Positions 62,125 through 64,000 of a stretch of DNA of 64,000 nt are shown piece after piece; the stretch's first letter is position 1; every line of letters begins with the position of its first letter. The DNA comes from Candidatus Babelota bacterium (GTDB taxonomy: Bacteria > Babelota > Babeliae > Babelales > JACPOV01): NCBI GenBank assembly GCA_016191325.1, contig JACPOV010000008.1:509270-573269 (forward strand), in the 5' to 3' direction. A program made the translations under genes and the position numbers. The notes under the pieces were generated by a model, which was not told where the DNA came from, ran no database searches, and saw only the letters and a list, made by a program, of their open reading frames with translations.

Positions 62125-64000
62125 ATGAAGTTTTTATCAGTTTTATTTATGATACTTTCCCTGACCGGTTTTTCTTTGAATGCGATGGAAGGAGCAAAAC
62201 CAGCTTATTTGTATAAGGAACATTTCCAAGCACAAATTCAAACCACTCGAACGGCATTTAAAGCAGCAATCGAAAATGCAAAAAAAGAAAATCAAATTAT
62301 TTCAGAGGATGCTCTGCTCGCTGTACCAGAATTGCAACAAGATACCATTCAAGCACAGCTCTCCGCGCTAAAAGATAACGCAAAAAATAATATTATTGTA
62401 TCGCACGCTGGACAAAAAAACGCAATAGCAGAAGCACTTTATAAAGAACTTTCAAAAAAAGATTCAATTGCATCGGTTACCAATGCGCCAAAAGATTCGA
62501 TAGATATTTTAATCGCCCCGCATTCGCTTTATAGCGAAATGCAATCTATATTCAATGCATCAGAAAAATTACTTGCCACCAATGGCTCTAGCATTGAACA
62601 GCATCCCCTCTTTAACTATTTTGCCGCATTAAAAAAAGATGGTGTTTTTGTAATCAGTCTTTTAAGTGGGCCAACGATCCAAAACTTCACCGATTTATTA
62701 TTGGGTAAGCACGATCTTGAATTGAGCAAAGCACATGCAATTTCCGAGCCGAACGTTAAAATTTTTAATAACGTAGAAACCTTCTTCCGCTGCTTAGATA
62801 TCTTTAAAAGATATTATGAAGAAAAAACAAGTAATACGATTAATTGCGATTTATCATTCTCATCAGTACGCACGCCTCTTAAAACATTTTGTGAAGCGCT
62901 TGTAAAACAATATCCAGAACTCAAGAATATGAATGCTGAACAACTTGAACCATTTATACGATTACTCGCTGTATTTAACATTAATCAGGTAATAACCGAT
63001 TTAAATATCACTTTAAAATTATCTCTCAAACCAAAATCAACCGAATCTAAAGTTTCATTTAAGCCGATTGGCTTGAATCTTGAAAGTTCTGAACAATCAA
63101 ACTCAAACGACATTTCATTTGCGCAACAAAATCTTGATAAACAAATTCAAAATTTAGATGGCAGTGAATTATCCATGCCATACATCAAAGATGCAGATGG
63201 TGCGCAGCAATTTAAAGCAATGAAATCAATCCTAGGTAGAAAAAAAATTAATTATGTCGATATTGGTGGCGGACGAGGCGAAACGAATGCAGTGGTAAAA
63301 GCTCTCCAAGATTCAGGATCTGAAGTTAATGTACTCAGTATTGAACCGTATGTGCCATTTGCTGAGCTTTATAAAAATGCATATAAAGCAATCGATGTGA
63401 AGAATGTTCATGTTATACAAAAAACAGCTCAGGATGTGACGGTCAAAGATATCACCGATTATTTCAACAATGAGAAAGCAGATGTTGTTTATGCTTCCCA
63501 CTCTTTCTATTTCATACTCCAAGAGCTTCATAAAGCTGCCCAGGAATCAATCTATGGATCAGCAAAGCCGCTCAACCAACATCCGCTCTGGAAATATTTT
63601 GACATGTTGAATGATAAGGGCGTATTGGTAGTTACCTTGCAAAGTGGCGCGGGTGCACGCTTATTTAGAAATGCGCTCATGGGAAATCATGGATTGTCAT
63701 CCAACTCAGCTAATGATGAAATTGTTTCACTTTTAAGCAGCTTTGGCAACTTGGCAACCTTCTTAAGGCATTTCGAATTTTTTGCAAAACAATATGAAAA
63801 AGAAACAGGTAAAAAAATTACTATAAAAATGCACCATGCCGTTGCCAATGTGCCGCTTGGTGATTTTTTAATTGATAAAGATTCCAAAACGAATGCGTAT
63901 ACGCTCAAAGATTCTTCGAATAAACTCGCTTCCAAGATGCTCGATTTTTATGGCAACTGGAAAGAATTGCAAACTACTGCATCTTCAACCATTGAAAATA
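62125..64000 (+). CDS. secreted protein with two methyltransferase-like modules (partial, continues past the window end)
   Basis: Not in the ORF track because no stop is reached. I translated 62125 to 64000 without a stop (625 codons). Signal MKFLSVLFMILSLTGFSLNA. SAM motif I YVDIGGGRGE at 63253-63282. The first half is an internal paralogue of the second. Confidence 0.7.
   Translation, partial: MKFLSVLFMILSLTGFSLNAMEGAKPAYLYKEHFQAQIQTTRTAFKAAIENAKKENQIISEDALLAVPELQQDTIQAQLSALKDNAKNNIIVSHAGQKNAIAEALYKELSKKDSIASVTNAPKDSIDILIAPHSLYSEMQSIFNASEKLLATNGSSIEQHPLFNYFAALKKDGVFVISLLSGPTIQNFTDLLLGKHDLELSKAHAISEPNVKIFNNVETFFRCLDIFKRYYEEKTSNTINCDLSFSSVRTPLKTFCEALVKQYPELKNMNAEQLEPFIRLLAVFNINQVITDLNITLKLSLKPKSTESKVSFKPIGLNLESSEQSNSNDISFAQQNLDKQIQNLDGSELSMPYIKDADGAQQFKAMKSILGRKKINYVDIGGGRGETNAVVKALQDSGSEVNVLSIEPYVPFAELYKNAYKAIDVKNVHVIQKTAQDVTVKDITDYFNNEKADVVYASHSFYFILQELHKAAQESIYGSAKPLNQHPLWKYFDMLNDKGVLVVTLQSGAGARLFRNALMGNHGLSSNSANDEIVSLLSSFGNLATFLRHFEFFAKQYEKETGKKITIKMHHAVANVPLGDFLIDKDSKTNAYTLKDSSNKLASKMLDFYGNWKELQTTASSTIEN

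Noticed and set aside
1-64000. CRISPR arrays, rRNA genes, IS elements or transposases, integrases, prophage genes and toxin-antitoxin pairs
   Set aside because: There are no regularly spaced direct repeats, no rRNA-like conserved blocks, and no ORF with transposase, integrase, phage or TA hallmarks in any frame I read. The only repeats are the short GC-rich elements, the maf fragment and the tandem gene families.

Overview
AT-rich, very compact bacterial chromosomal segment. I call 66 protein-coding genes (the last runs off the window end), 2 pseudogenes and one tRNA-Gln(UUG). I saw no rRNA, CRISPR array, transposase, integrase or phage genes. About half the genes are recognisable housekeeping genes: parA, an ABC-2 exporter pair, ychF, tspO, hspR-like, maf, spoVG, rsmH, murF, ftsK, uppP, acpP, fabD-like, gltX, plsX, rpmF, dprA, gyrA, lepA, grpE, ssb, pgsA and mnmA. 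The rest are lineage-specific ORFs, and almost all of them carry an N-terminal signal peptide, often with a C-terminal hydrophobic anchor as well. Several of these form tandem paralogue arrays. The most interesting loci are: (1) an envelope island at 27.4-33.7 kb, made of a porin-like beta-barrel, a 9-cysteine small secreted protein and five head-to-tail paralogues of a small anchored HExxH (M48/M56-like) metalloprotease; (2) a block of nine small exported or anchored protein genes at 51.5-56.3 kb, including a 4-copy array whose members all end in SLFNK, one copy carrying an in-frame TAA; (3) a 920-aa secreted protein with three acidic D(V/I)PPPP repeats; (4) a secreted protein with two methyltransferase-like modules at the window end; (5) an eroded rpmF-plsX-fab cluster whose FabD homologue lacks the catalytic serine; (6) an alpha/beta-hydrolase gene flanked by a duplicated maf 5-prime end; (7) short GC-rich structured repeats scattered in intergenic DNA. 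Gene content and style suggest a reduced, host-associated Gram-negative-type bacterium, possibly Dependentiae/TM6-like or Chlamydiae-like. That is inference only. ORF-track starts were trimmed where a downstream ATG or GTG with a Shine-Dalgarno fits better. Coordinates of non-coding features may be off by 1-2 nt.
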